Notes: a model not told the origin generated them from the letters alone. A stretch of 57,477 nt of DNA, filler included, from Chloroflexota bacterium (GCA_043754535.1; 4 parts of 4 records of this genome joined end to end with filler, not necessarily neighbours in it); one strand, 5' to 3'. Counted from the whole stretch's first letter, positions 32,747-41,853 are shown. Program-made: numbers and translations.

Positions 32747-33190
32747 GTGCTGATGATCCCACCCTTCCGCGAAGATGGCAGCCTCCCGCCGGGCATCCAC
32801 GCCGCCAGCACAGACGAGTTCCGCAAACGCTTTGGTCGAGGCACACGGCGGGCTGAACTGATGGCCGGGCTGGATGGCGCAGTTCTAGCCCTACGCCGGG
32901 CCGGTTGCCGCACCATCTACGTCAATGGCAGCTTCACCACCGCCAACCCCAGGCCCAACGACTACGACGGCTGCTGGGACGAGGCCGGTATGGATTATGA
33001 TCTGCTTGACCCTGTGCTGCTGGATTTCAGTGACAGCCGCGCTGCACAGAAGTTCAAGTTTCGCGGCGAACTGTTTGCCGCCCATGAACCCGCCGACGAT
33101 GCAGGAACCGTCTACCTTGACTTCTTCCAGCGTGCCAGGGACAAGCAGCCTAAAGGTATTATCAAGCTAGATTTGGAGAACTGGTCATGA
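32747..33190 (+). CDS. Minimal nucleotidyltransferase-like protein (DUF6932-like), putative toxin
   Basis: IPPF..G.LPPGIH, NGSFTT..P.NDYDG (GS...DxD); own promoter TTGAGC-17-TATAAT at 32684-32712. Confidence 0.7.
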   Translation: MLMIPPFREDGSLPPGIHAASTDEFRKRFGRGTRRAELMAGLDGAVLALRRAGCRTIYVNGSFTTANPRPNDYDGCWDEAGMDYDLLDPVLLDFSDSRAAQKFKFRGELFAAHEPADDAGTVYLDFFQRARDKQPKGIIKLDLENWS

Positions 33191-33624
33191 TCAAGAACGA
33201 CCGACAACGTGAGGTGACGCTTGAATGGGTCGCCCGCTTCGAGCGCAATCTGGAACTGGCCGAAGGAAACAGCGACTCGACGGTTCACCCCAAGCTGCGC
33301 CAGGCCCGCATTGACGCATACCGCAGCCAGCTTGTCACCTTCCGCCAGGAACTGGCCGAATACGACACGCTCAAGGCGAGCGGCCCGCTCCACTACAGCC
33401 CTGTAGACATCAGCGAACTGCCGCGCCTGCTGATCAAGGCCCGCATCGCCGCTGGAATCAGCGAGGCCGAGCTTGGCCGCTGCATCGGTCTGAGCGAAGC
33501 CGAGGTCTTCCGCATGGAGGACTTTGAGTACGCCGAAGCTGAGTTCTACCAGCTAGAAGAAGCCGCCACTGCCATTGGTGTGAAGCTAACCATTGAGCCA
33601 GCCCATGCCCCCACTGGTGGCTGA
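33187..33624 (+). CDS. XRE-HTH protein, putative antitoxin
   Basis: MIKNDRQ N-terminus, LIKARIAAGISEAELGRCIG HTH; ATGA overlap with the upstream gene. Confidence 0.75.
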   Translation: MIKNDRQREVTLEWVARFERNLELAEGNSDSTVHPKLRQARIDAYRSQLVTFRQELAEYDTLKASGPLHYSPVDISELPRLLIKARIAAGISEAELGRCIGLSEAEVFRMEDFEYAEAEFYQLEEAATAIGVKLTIEPAHAPTGG

Positions 33625-33730
33625 CCTCAGCTTGTACGATCAGCAAGTAGGATTGACCGTGCAACCCACCTGTATTGTATCACAGCACCTGATTGTGGTA
33701 CAAACCAGTGTGAGTAGGTGAAGAACCAAC

Positions 33731-33747
33731 TATTCCAGACTGAAATA
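33731..33747. repeat. Intergenic variant of the parB-internal palindrome
   Basis: accaac-TATTCCAGACTGAAATA-aa matches the reverse complement of the parB repeat (accaac-TATTTCAGCCTGAAATA-aa). Confidence 0.7.
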
Positions 33748-33764
33748 AATCAGAATCCTCTCAT

Positions 33765-33796
33765 AATCCGCTCATTCCACTGCGGATGAGCGGATT
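33765..33796. terminator. Stem-loop at the end of the par operon
   Basis: AATCCGCTCAT-tccactgcgg-ATGAGCGGATT. Confidence 0.55.
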
Positions 33797-35289
33797 CAAC
33801 CTTCCTGACTGTGCTTGCTGTCAGGGTTGATGTATATGTAGCGGGTGGCACGAGCCTGACCCTCGCGACGCAGCAGACCACGCTCCATCATCTCTGTCAA
33901 ATCACGGTTGGCCTGCGCGTCCTTAACACCATAGCGTTCTTTGTAGGCAGCAATGCTAATGCTCCCCTCACCAGCACGAGCGAGCATGGATAGAAAGTCA
34001 ATTTGCTTGTAGTCCAGCCCGCCCCATGCTGCCGGTATTGTCGCTGGTGGTAGATAATCCTTCTGCCCCTCCCGCACAAGGGTGCTGGCCGACTCCCGCG
34101 TGTGACCGTAGAGCGTGACCTTGAACAGGTCGTCACCCATGTTGAACTCTGGTGCAGGTAGGCGCGCTTCCTCCATAGCCTGACGCATCATATCTAGACC
34201 GAAGCCAAACTTCTCGACTACCCCCAACCACATCAGCAGGTTGGCCGCTACCTGGTTGCGGCTGCGGTGCGAACCAGGGGTGTTGATACTCACCCCTGGC
34301 AGTAGCCCACCAGGGCTGATTACCTCTACCCGGTCGGCAAAGATCGTAACGTTGATCACAGCACCGCTAAGTGCGTAACTACGGTGCATCAGTGCGTTCA
34401 TCACTGCCTCACGCACGGCAGACAAAGGGAACTGTGGCAGGTCAGCCCGCTTCAGCCCTACGATTGAGGTGAACAGCGCACTATTACGTTCGATGAAGCT
34501 GATCACCTGGTCAAGCTGCTGTGGCAGGGTGCCAAAGACTACACGACGGTCGAGAAAATCCACCCCTACCCGTGTTCCCCGATGGCGCACACACTGTACA
34601 ATGGCATCTGGCACAACAGCCTGGGGCTGGCTGCCCAACACCAGTACACCACCAATGCTCGGTACCAGTTCACCGTTCACTTCAAGCAGCACAGTCTCGG
34701 TAGTCAGGAAGGAGAGCGCACTGGCTGAAGGGTAAGGTTGCAGATTGAGCTGCTGGCCGCGACTTAGGGCAACAAGGTTACGATGGTAAATCAGGTTATT
34801 GATGGCCCGCACATCAAGGTCGACCACACGTAGGCCGCTGGCGGCTTGCTGGTCAAAGTTGTTCTGGCTGCGGCGGTTGAGCATCATCACCAGATCGTCA
34901 TGGGGGATGGCAACGTTACCTGCACCACGCCGCCAGCGAAAGATCGAGTTGTAGGAGTAAACCGCGTCGTTGCGGGCTGGCACTTCAGCTACCAACACAA
35001 TCCTACCCCCTACATCAACCGTGTAGATGTCTACAAAGCGATCTAGCGAAGGGGTGCAGAACTTGGTGGCAGCACGCAGCTTATTCTCTACAGCATACAA
35101 CTCGCGCACACCAACGACATTGCACTCGTCGTCCACTCCAATCAGTAGTGTGCCACCATCGGAGTTGGCGAAGGAAGCCAACAGTTCGCCCAGACCTTGC
35201 TGGTTCTCACCATCTACCTTAAACTCAACCGTGTGCGACTCGCCGCCAGCGGCCAGCCGCCGCACATCATCTGCCGTCACTCTGCTCAC
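33796..35289 (-). CDS. Schlafen/AlbA_2 + HATPase_c_4 + wHTH protein
   Basis: GESHTVEFK, SFANSDGGTLLIGVDD; AVREAVMNALMHRSY, DRVEVISPGGL, SRN, EKFGFGL; C-terminal ANRDLTEMMERGLL. Confidence 0.88.
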   Translation of the reverse strand: MSRVTADDVRRLAAGGESHTVEFKVDGENQQGLGELLASFANSDGGTLLIGVDDECNVVGVRELYAVENKLRAATKFCTPSLDRFVDIYTVDVGGRIVLVAEVPARNDAVYSYNSIFRWRRGAGNVAIPHDDLVMMLNRRSQNNFDQQAASGLRVVDLDVRAINNLIYHRNLVALSRGQQLNLQPYPSASALSFLTTETVLLEVNGELVPSIGGVLVLGSQPQAVVPDAIVQCVRHRGTRVGVDFLDRRVVFGTLPQQLDQVISFIERNSALFTSIVGLKRADLPQFPLSAVREAVMNALMHRSYALSGAVINVTIFADRVEVISPGGLLPGVSINTPGSHRSRNQVAANLLMWLGVVEKFGFGLDMMRQAMEEARLPAPEFNMGDDLFKVTLYGHTRESASTLVREGQKDYLPPATIPAAWGGLDYKQIDFLSMLARAGEGSISIAAYKERYGVKDAQANRDLTEMMERGLLRREGQARATRYIYINPDSKHSQEG

Positions 35290-36419
35290 TATTCTGCCCC
35301 ACCTTGCCCGTTGATGTGAGTGCCAAAAGTCTGCGCCGCTGCCTGGTTCAGCCGGGTGACTGCGCGCTGGAAGGCCGCCACCTGCACGCTGGTCGCTACA
35401 AGACCAAAAGTCAGTTCGTTCACTACCGAGTCGATCAGGGTGGTAAGCTGCGCCAGGCCAGGCCGATGGTCGTCACCTTGAGCATAGCTAGCAGCCATGT
35501 TCTGAGGCTGAAAGTAGCTACTGCCAGCACTTGGCAGCTGGCTTATTTCAGGCTGAAATAGTTGGTCGTTGCCAACGATTGGTTGGTGGTTTATTTCAGG
35601 CTGAAATAGTTGGTCATTGCCAGCGGTTGGTTGGTGGTTTATTTCAGGCTGAAATAGTTGGTCATTGCCAGCGGCTGGTTGGTGGTTTATTTCAGGCTGA
35701 AATAGTTGATGTTCACTCTGCACCTTGCTTGGTCTACCACGTCGCTCCCCGGCCTGCTTGTTCTGCTGAACAGCTTTGGCGTAAAGGGCATCCACGCTAG
35801 TGCGCCCTGCCCACAGCTCAGAGTCAGCACCAGCTTGATTGCTGATGTAAGCAGCTACGGTCAGGTCGCGGCTAATACTCTCCTTGCTACGGCGGTTGTG
35901 CAGCCGCTCGGCCAACTCATAAGGGCCAAGGCCGTCGCGTTGGGCGATCTCGTATTCGGCCATGATCCTCTCATAGGGACTAAGGTCTTCGCGTTGTAGG
36001 TTCTCCTCAAGACGGTCATATGGCAGCCGCTCATCACTATCGGGCTGCGGATGCACCATGCAGGGGATTTCCTGCCAGCCCAGCACGTCGCGCATCGCCC
36101 GTAGGCGGCGTTCGCCAGCATCCAGCCGGTAGCGACCTTCGCCTAGCTTCGTCACGGCTGGTGGATGGAGCAGACGCACGGCGACGCTGGCGGCCAAGTC
36201 CTCCAGCGCAGCCTGGTCGAAGAACTTACGTGGCTGGCTGGGGTCGGCCTCTATTTGACCAGCAGGAATGCGTGCGAAGTAGTCGCGCCCAGCATCATAA
36301 TTGTCTAGGCCCGCTATGTCGAAGTTGCGCGGGCTAAGCACGGTGGCAGGTGTGGCACTGAGAGCCGAGCCAGCCAACATCTGCTCCATGCGCCGTTCGG
36401 CTGCTGTCTTCTTAGCCAT
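35289..36419 (-). CDS. parB: ParB partition protein with internal 16-aa repeats
   Basis: DPSQPRKFFD, LDAGERRLRA, EENLQREDL; overlaps the parA stop codon. Confidence 0.88.
   Translation of the reverse strand: MAKKTAAERRMEQMLAGSALSATPATVLSPRNFDIAGLDNYDAGRDYFARIPAGQIEADPSQPRKFFDQAALEDLAASVAVRLLHPPAVTKLGEGRYRLDAGERRLRAMRDVLGWQEIPCMVHPQPDSDERLPYDRLEENLQREDLSPYERIMAEYEIAQRDGLGPYELAERLHNRRSKESISRDLTVAAYISNQAGADSELWAGRTSVDALYAKAVQQNKQAGERRGRPSKVQSEHQLFQPEINHQPAAGNDQLFQPEINHQPTAGNDQLFQPEINHQPIVGNDQLFQPEISQLPSAGSSYFQPQNMAASYAQGDDHRPGLAQLTTLIDSVVNELTFGLVATSVQVAAFQRAVTRLNQAAAQTFGTHINGQGGAE
35498..35710. repeat. 48-bp tandem array inside parB, each unit with a 17-bp palindrome
   Basis: TATTTCAGGCTGAAATA at 35544, 35592, 35640 and 35688 plus a degenerate unit near 35498; encodes QLFQPEINHQPxxGND. 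Confidence 0.95.
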
Positions 36420-37335
36420 GCCCCATGCTCCTGTTCTGGCGCAACCCGATACGGGTCAGCAACTCGTCCATGACAGCACGGTAGTCATCCTGCACCCGCC
36501 GTGCCTCCACCGACTGCGAGTAGGCAAAGACTGTCTGCCGCTTACGCTGGCTATTGCGGTAGGCTGCCTTGCGCGCCCACAGCTTGCCCGTAAACAGCTT
36601 ACCCGCTATTTCTGGATAGTTGGAAGCCGACACCATGCTGATGTAGGCCAACGTCTCATCAGCGGGCGCACTGCCATCGTACTTGGTTGCCAGCAGCCCA
36701 GCAATGCCAAGGCCAGGGTTGAGCTTACTCTCTGGGTCACGCACGTAGCGGATCAGGTTGAGCAGGTAGGCCAAACCTTGTAGGCTCAACATCTCAGTCT
36801 CAAACGGTATCAGCACGTAGTCGGCGGCGTTGAGCAGCATCCGAGTATATAGGTCGAGCGTAGGCGGGCAGTCAAGCAACGTAACCTTGAAGGTCTGACG
36901 AATGTCCTTGAAGCCACGTGCCAGCAGGTGTTCGGCATTGGCAGCACGTGGTAGCACCATATCGAGCGAACTCATGGCAATGTGTGCGGGAGCAAGCCAC
37001 ATTCTGGTACCTCGTGCTTCCTCACCGTAGGGAAAGAGGATATCGTGTACTAGTTTTGGCTGCGGCTTGCGACGGGCCAGGTCATCGTAGACCTGAAACA
37101 TCGTGTCCCCCTCGTCCACCTGTCCGCCGTAGCCCAATAGGAAAGTGGAAGCTGCCTGTGCGTCGCCGTCCACAACCAACACGCTGTCATTGCCTAGCCG
37201 CTCGGTCAAAGCAGCAGCCAGGTTGACAGTGGTGGTACTCTTGCCTACTCCGCCCTTCTCATTAGCGACGGCGACGATCACACCAGGTTGAGTAGCTTGC
37301 TCCAGCGTGGCTGTCTCTTGCTCATAGGTGATCAA
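36412..37335 (-). CDS. parA: ParA/Soj Walker-type ATPase
   Basis: VANEKGGVGKSTT, LVVDGDAQA, LLDCPP, AADYVLIP. Confidence 0.95.
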   Translation of the reverse strand: MITYEQETATLEQATQPGVIVAVANEKGGVGKSTTTVNLAAALTERLGNDSVLVVDGDAQAASTFLLGYGGQVDEGDTMFQVYDDLARRKPQPKLVHDILFPYGEEARGTRMWLAPAHIAMSSLDMVLPRAANAEHLLARGFKDIRQTFKVTLLDCPPTLDLYTRMLLNAADYVLIPFETEMLSLQGLAYLLNLIRYVRDPESKLNPGLGIAGLLATKYDGSAPADETLAYISMVSASNYPEIAGKLFTGKLWARKAAYRNSQRKRQTVFAYSQSVEARRVQDDYRAVMDELLTRIGLRQNRSMGHG

Positions 37336-37361
37336 GGTATTACTCCTTCGCGTGCTAATTG

Positions 37362-37589
37362 CTACTTGCCAGTTTGCCTGTTCGCATCACGTTCGCGCTC
37401 ACCCTTAATTTGGGTTAGTCGTTCTATCGCCAGCTTCCACATTAGCGTCATCGCCTGCGACCTGGTAGGACGTAGTCCAATTCGCAGCTTGTACTCCTCA
37501 GCTATGAGGCCGTCAAGAGCGGCCACCACTTCACCGTCTACGCTGACGGTCGTTCGTCGGCTAGTTTCTTCCTGTATCTCGTCGGGCAT
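37362..37589 (-). CDS. Small ribbon-helix-helix-like regulator
   Basis: RRTTVSVDGEVVAALD...TRSQAM strand-helix-helix pattern; AGAAGGTG RBS; first gene after the promoter. Confidence 0.6.
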   Translation of the reverse strand: MPDEIQEETSRRTTVSVDGEVVAALDGLIAEEYKLRIGLRPTRSQAMTLMWKLAIERLTQIKGERERDANRQTGK

Positions 37590-37617
37590 ATTTTCACCTT
37601 CTGTTAAGGATGCTGTT

Positions 37618-37646
37618 ATTATACAGCAGTCTGATTAGAATAGCAA
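37618..37646 (-). promoter_or_regulatory. Promoter of the RHH-parA-parB-AlbA operon
   Basis: Minus strand TTGCTA-17 bp-TATAAT. Confidence 0.75.
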
Positions 37647-38083
37647 GCACCTGTTTATGACCATGCAAATATCATGCGTTTGTGACTGTTTTATGCAGAT
37701 GTATGCAACGGTTAAGCTAGTGACCGGTGAGCTACCACAACCCTAATGTAGTGGTAGGGGGAAGCAGGTACGCCGAGACACAACAGGTTACAACACTACA
37801 CCTTTGGCTGGAGCAAAGTCTACGCGGAGGGGCAGCTTCACTTCAGGCTGCGAATGTCTTAAGCTCCAAAGCTATTGCATTGTAATGGACAGGCATGCTA
37901 TAATAGACTAAGCAGCGATAAGCTAGCACGGCTTGGCGACCGCCACTACCCGAATGGGGGCCGAATAAGGACAAGGAGACTCGCTGAGGGCGACCGCCCC
38001 TACACATTAGTGCCAGCATCGTAGGTATCACTCCTATGGGGCTGGCTTTCCATTTGCATTTGGCTAACCTTTTGCACATCGGC

Positions 38084-38134
38084 GAACATTTGTGCATAAA
38101 GGTATTGACTGGCTGCGACTAGATAGGCTATAAT
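38084..38134 (+). promoter_or_regulatory. rep promoter with adjacent SOS-box-like site
   Basis: TTGACT (38105-10), 18 bp spacer, TATAAT (38129-34); GAAC-ATTT-GTGC at 38084-38095. Confidence 0.65.
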
Positions 38135-38153
38135 GGTGATATCCAGCAGCCAC

Positions 38154-38402
38154 AAAAAAGCACCCTGTCTAAGAGTGCCACTGGTGATATAGAAGGAGAA
38201 GCAACTGCCAAGTCACTTATTTAACCGCCCGCCCCGACGCGGCTAACCGTCGGCCCAGGAATCGCAAAACCCACTGCCAATGCCGCCAAGCTAATCAGTG
38301 GGTTCTACTCCCGAACACACGCTACTCCCTTGCGGGTCTGCGCTGCTCTGTTATTTTGCACTCATCTGATTGCATTATAGCATAGCCATGCGCGTTTAGC
38401 AA
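38154..38402 (-). ncRNA. Putative counter-transcribed antisense RNA in the rep leader
   Basis: Minus-strand promoter TTGCTA (38402-397)-17-TATAAT (38379-74) with TG extension; minus-strand terminators AACCCACTG..CAGTGGGTT-TT (38266-38304) and GCACTCT-tagac-AGGGTGC-TTTTTT (38154-38178). Confidence 0.6.
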
Positions 38403-38484
38403 GGGTCTAGGGCGACTTTGCCACATTATACGGCACATTGCTGTATTCTGCTGCCGGCTGCCCATCAGAGAGGGCTATTTTCTG

Positions 38485-41400
38485 ATGAACACCTTGCATC
38501 CCGTCAATCTCAGCGGTTGGCACTTCCTGCGCCTAGCCGAGCAAGCCAGCGGCCAGCCCGCCAAGAAAAAGCAAGGAGGCAAGTACCAACTACCTTGCCC
38601 CCTGCGCGACCACAGCAAGCCTGGCGGCTTCGTCGTCTTCCCCAATACGGGAGTGGGCTACTGCGTCAAGTGCGGCCAGAAGGCCTCGCAGCTCGCCATG
38701 TTCGCGGGCTGGCTGCACCAGAGCGAGAGTAGCACCCGCGAGTGGCTGCGCCGCCAGCGCGACCCCGCCGCTGCTCCCGCCATACCCCTGCGCCAGCCGC
38801 TAGTCCCGCCAGCCAGCAGCCTGCCAGCTGTTAGCCAGCACTCAGCAGCTAGCAGCCAGGCTATCCACCAGGTCTACACTCGCCTGCTCGAACTGCTACC
38901 CCTCAGCGCAGAGCATAGTGCGTTTGAGCAGAAGCGCGGGCAGACTGCTACGCAGATGGCAGCTCTGGGCTACGGCACGCTGCCAGATGGCTACCGGCGT
39001 AGTGACCGCCGCACCTTCGTTGCCGCGCAGTTGGCGCAGGAGTTTGGCGCAGCAGTGCTGGCTCAAGTGCCGGGCTTCTACACTGACCAGCGCGGTGGCT
39101 ACTGGACGTTGCAGGGTAAGGCTGGGCGACTAATCCCCATGCGGGATGCTCAAGGTCTCATCCGCCGCCTGATGCTCAACCCTGATAAGGTCAAGCCTAA
39201 TGAGGGTAAGTACCGCTACCTCGCCACCCCCGACCAACCAGTGCAGGGCTGCCCCCACGTCGCCGTTCCCAACAACCTCACCAGCGACCGCATCTACCTC
39301 ACCGAAGGGCCGCGCAAGGCCGACATTGCGGCGGCGCGGCTAGGGGCGACCGTCGTCGGCTGCATGGGGGTGTCTGGGCGCAGCCATGCCTACACTGAAC
39401 TCCTTGCCTATTGCGGCAACCAGCGGCCTACCGTCGTCCTCGCCTTCGACCGTGATGCTGCTGGTAAGGGTGCGGCGAAGTTGGCCGCCGCCGAACTCTC
39501 CGGCCTCGGCTTCGCAGTGCTGCAAGCAAGTTGGCCCGATGACTACAAGGGGCTGGATGATGCGCTGCTGGCCGGTGCAGAGTTGAGCCACAAGCTGGTG
39601 GGTGGGCGCGGGCTGGCCCGGCTCGACCCCGAACTACTCGCCGCGATTGAGGCTGCCACCCCACAGCCGGAGTACGTATCTATAGAAGCTGCCCGTGACT
39701 TCAACCACGTGGTCGTCAGCGAGATGCTGGCTGGCTTGCGGCAGGGCGATGCTGGTGGCCGCGTGGTAGTGCTGACTTCCACCACCGGCACTGGCAAGAG
39801 CGCAGCGGCTAAACGTGCGCTGGCTGAGTTGGAAGCTGCTGGTTGGCCGAGCCGCAACCGCACGCGGCGCAAGGAAGGTGGCGGCGTGGTGACGGAGCAG
39901 CAACCTGCCCGCGTCGCAGTTATGGTTGACCAGCGGCAACAGGTCAATCAATGGTGGGAAGAACTGGCCGCGCTGGGGCTGGATGTTGCGCCGTTGATTG
40001 GCCGGGTGCAGTCGCCTGCGCCGCCAGCGTATGTCTACGCCGAGTGCAACCGCGCCAACCGCATCGCAGAACTGGCTGCCCGCCACCAAGCCACTGACCA
40101 GCTTTGCGGCCCGCACGCCACCGACCACGAGTGTCAGGCGCAAGCTATGCACGCGGCGGCTCTGGGGTCTGGCGACCTGCTAGCGGCAAAGATCGTCGTC
40201 GCTACCAAAGCCAGCCTGCTCAACGAAGGGCCGCGTCTGGCCGAGTTCGACCTGATTATCGTGGATGAGACGGTTGATCAGCATCTCTACAGCGTGCAGC
40301 CGATTGTTGAAGCTGACCTGGTGGCATGGTGGAGTGGCATGGAGCAGCACCGCGACCTATATCCCGACCACTGCCCACAACGCCAGTTGTGGAACACCCT
40401 CTACCTCGCCGCCTTCGCCTACCCAACTAATGAACGCCAGCCGCTCCTCGCCGCATTGCTAGTTGTGCGCCCCGACGTGGCCGACCTGCTAGCCGTGTGC
40501 GCGGCGGAAGAAGCGGAGCAGCACCGGCACGGCCTGCCATTTGAGCAGCGACATAGCGCACTTACGGCAGACGGCCACACCGAGGTCATCCCGCTGGTCT
40601 ACTGGCGCGAACTAGTCGGTGAGTTGCAGCGGCTGGCGACTGACCCCTCAACCCCCAACACCTTGTGGCTGGATACTGCGGCGATTAGCTGCTACCGCGT
40701 CAACCAGAGCGTGATTAACCTGCTGACTGCGACGGAACACAGCCACCGGCTGAACGCGATCATCCTTGACGCTACGCCGTCACCGCTGCTGGCCGCGCTG
40801 CTGCCCCATGCCGAGCGGCGGCACGCTGGAGTCAAGCAACACCTGCAAATCACGCAGATAACCGACAGCCTGCTGACTAGCCGCCACCTGAGCGCGAGGG
40901 GTGGGGGGGAGGCGAAGCGGCTGGCGCAAGCGATCAACGCGCTGGCGGGCGAGTGTGCGACGACGGCGGTGCTGGGACACAAGGGGTTGCTGCAAGCGGG
41001 CGGCGCGGTCGAGGTCGAGCTTGGCGACCTACGCTGGGCGATGGATGTGGGCTGGTTTGGCCGCGACGAGACAGCGCACAACCGCTGGACAGCAGTGCGG
41101 CGGCTGGTGATCGCCGGACACCACCAGCTACCACCGACTGAAGTGCAGGCACGAGCAGCGATGTTGTGCCGCTATGCAGGTAGTGGAAAGTGGAAAGTGG
41201 AAAGTGGAGAGAAGATTGAAGTAAAGGAGCAGCAAGCTGAAGCAGAACTGCGGGTGCTGCGGCCCTACAACTATGGTGATGCTGACGGCATTGGCTACGG
41301 CTACTGGATGCGGACGTACCACAACCCGCTTGAGCAAGCAATTGCTTTGCACAGTGAGCAGGCAACGATCATGCAGGCGGTAGGGCGGGTGCGCGGCGCA

Positions 41401-41853
41401 CTGGCCGAGCCGGGTCAGCCGGTCGAGGTCTATCTGCTGACCGCCACGCCGGTAGCCGACCTTCAGGTTGACCGGCTGTGTAGTCTGGACGACATCATTG
41501 CCGAGGGCGGGCAGGCCACCGCGCCGACTACTCGGCCAGCCAACTCCGCGCTGGCGGCCCTCAACCAGCAGCGACATGACGAGGCGTGGACGAAGCTAGA
41601 TGCAGCGTGGGCCGACGGCAACCACCAGCCGGGCAAGCTGGCCGCCGCCACCGGCTGCCACCCAGCAACGATAGCCAGTTACATAGCGCAGCAAAGCAGC
41701 AATGGTGGGGGGATCACACTGGATGCAGAGATAGTTATTAGCAGCCTGTGTGCAGCACCCAACATAGCACCAAGAACGGAGAGCGTGCTAGTCGCTAGCT
41801 GGCGGCCCATGGGTGGCAGCCAGCCAACCGAAGGCTACATAGCGCGTGAATAG
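38485..41853 (+). CDS. Plasmid replication primase-helicase (Zn finger + DUF3854/TOPRIM + SF2-like helicase + C-terminal HTH)
   Basis: CPLRDH...YCVKCG; YLTEGPRKAD, AFDRD, KGLDD; STTGTGKS, IIVDE, LDATP, QAVGRVRG; divergent from parAB. Confidence 0.75.
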   Translation: MNTLHPVNLSGWHFLRLAEQASGQPAKKKQGGKYQLPCPLRDHSKPGGFVVFPNTGVGYCVKCGQKASQLAMFAGWLHQSESSTREWLRRQRDPAAAPAIPLRQPLVPPASSLPAVSQHSAASSQAIHQVYTRLLELLPLSAEHSAFEQKRGQTATQMAALGYGTLPDGYRRSDRRTFVAAQLAQEFGAAVLAQVPGFYTDQRGGYWTLQGKAGRLIPMRDAQGLIRRLMLNPDKVKPNEGKYRYLATPDQPVQGCPHVAVPNNLTSDRIYLTEGPRKADIAAARLGATVVGCMGVSGRSHAYTELLAYCGNQRPTVVLAFDRDAAGKGAAKLAAAELSGLGFAVLQASWPDDYKGLDDALLAGAELSHKLVGGRGLARLDPELLAAIEAATPQPEYVSIEAARDFNHVVVSEMLAGLRQGDAGGRVVVLTSTTGTGKSAAAKRALAELEAAGWPSRNRTRRKEGGGVVTEQQPARVAVMVDQRQQVNQWWEELAALGLDVAPLIGRVQSPAPPAYVYAECNRANRIAELAARHQATDQLCGPHATDHECQAQAMHAAALGSGDLLAAKIVVATKASLLNEGPRLAEFDLIIVDETVDQHLYSVQPIVEADLVAWWSGMEQHRDLYPDHCPQRQLWNTLYLAAFAYPTNERQPLLAALLVVRPDVADLLAVCAAEEAEQHRHGLPFEQRHSALTADGHTEVIPLVYWRELVGELQRLATDPSTPNTLWLDTAAISCYRVNQSVINLLTATEHSHRLNAIILDATPSPLLAALLPHAERRHAGVKQHLQITQITDSLLTSRHLSARGGGEAKRLAQAINALAGECATTAVLGHKGLLQAGGAVEVELGDLRWAMDVGWFGRDETAHNRWTAVRRLVIAGHHQLPPTEVQARAAMLCRYAGSGKWKVESGEKIEVKEQQAEAELRVLRPYNYGDADGIGYGYWMRTYHNPLEQAIALHSEQATIMQAVGRVRGALAEPGQPVEVYLLTATPVADLQVDRLCSLDDIIAEGGQATAPTTRPANSALAALNQQRHDEAWTKLDAAWADGNHQPGKLAAATGCHPATIASYIAQQSSNGGGITLDAEIVISSLCAAPNIAPRTESVLVASWRPMGGSQPTEGYIARE

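Noticed and set aside
35498..35710. Palindromic repeat array as a CRISPR
   Set aside because: The inter-repeat segments are near-identical, the period is an in-frame 48 bp inside parB, and no cas genes are present.
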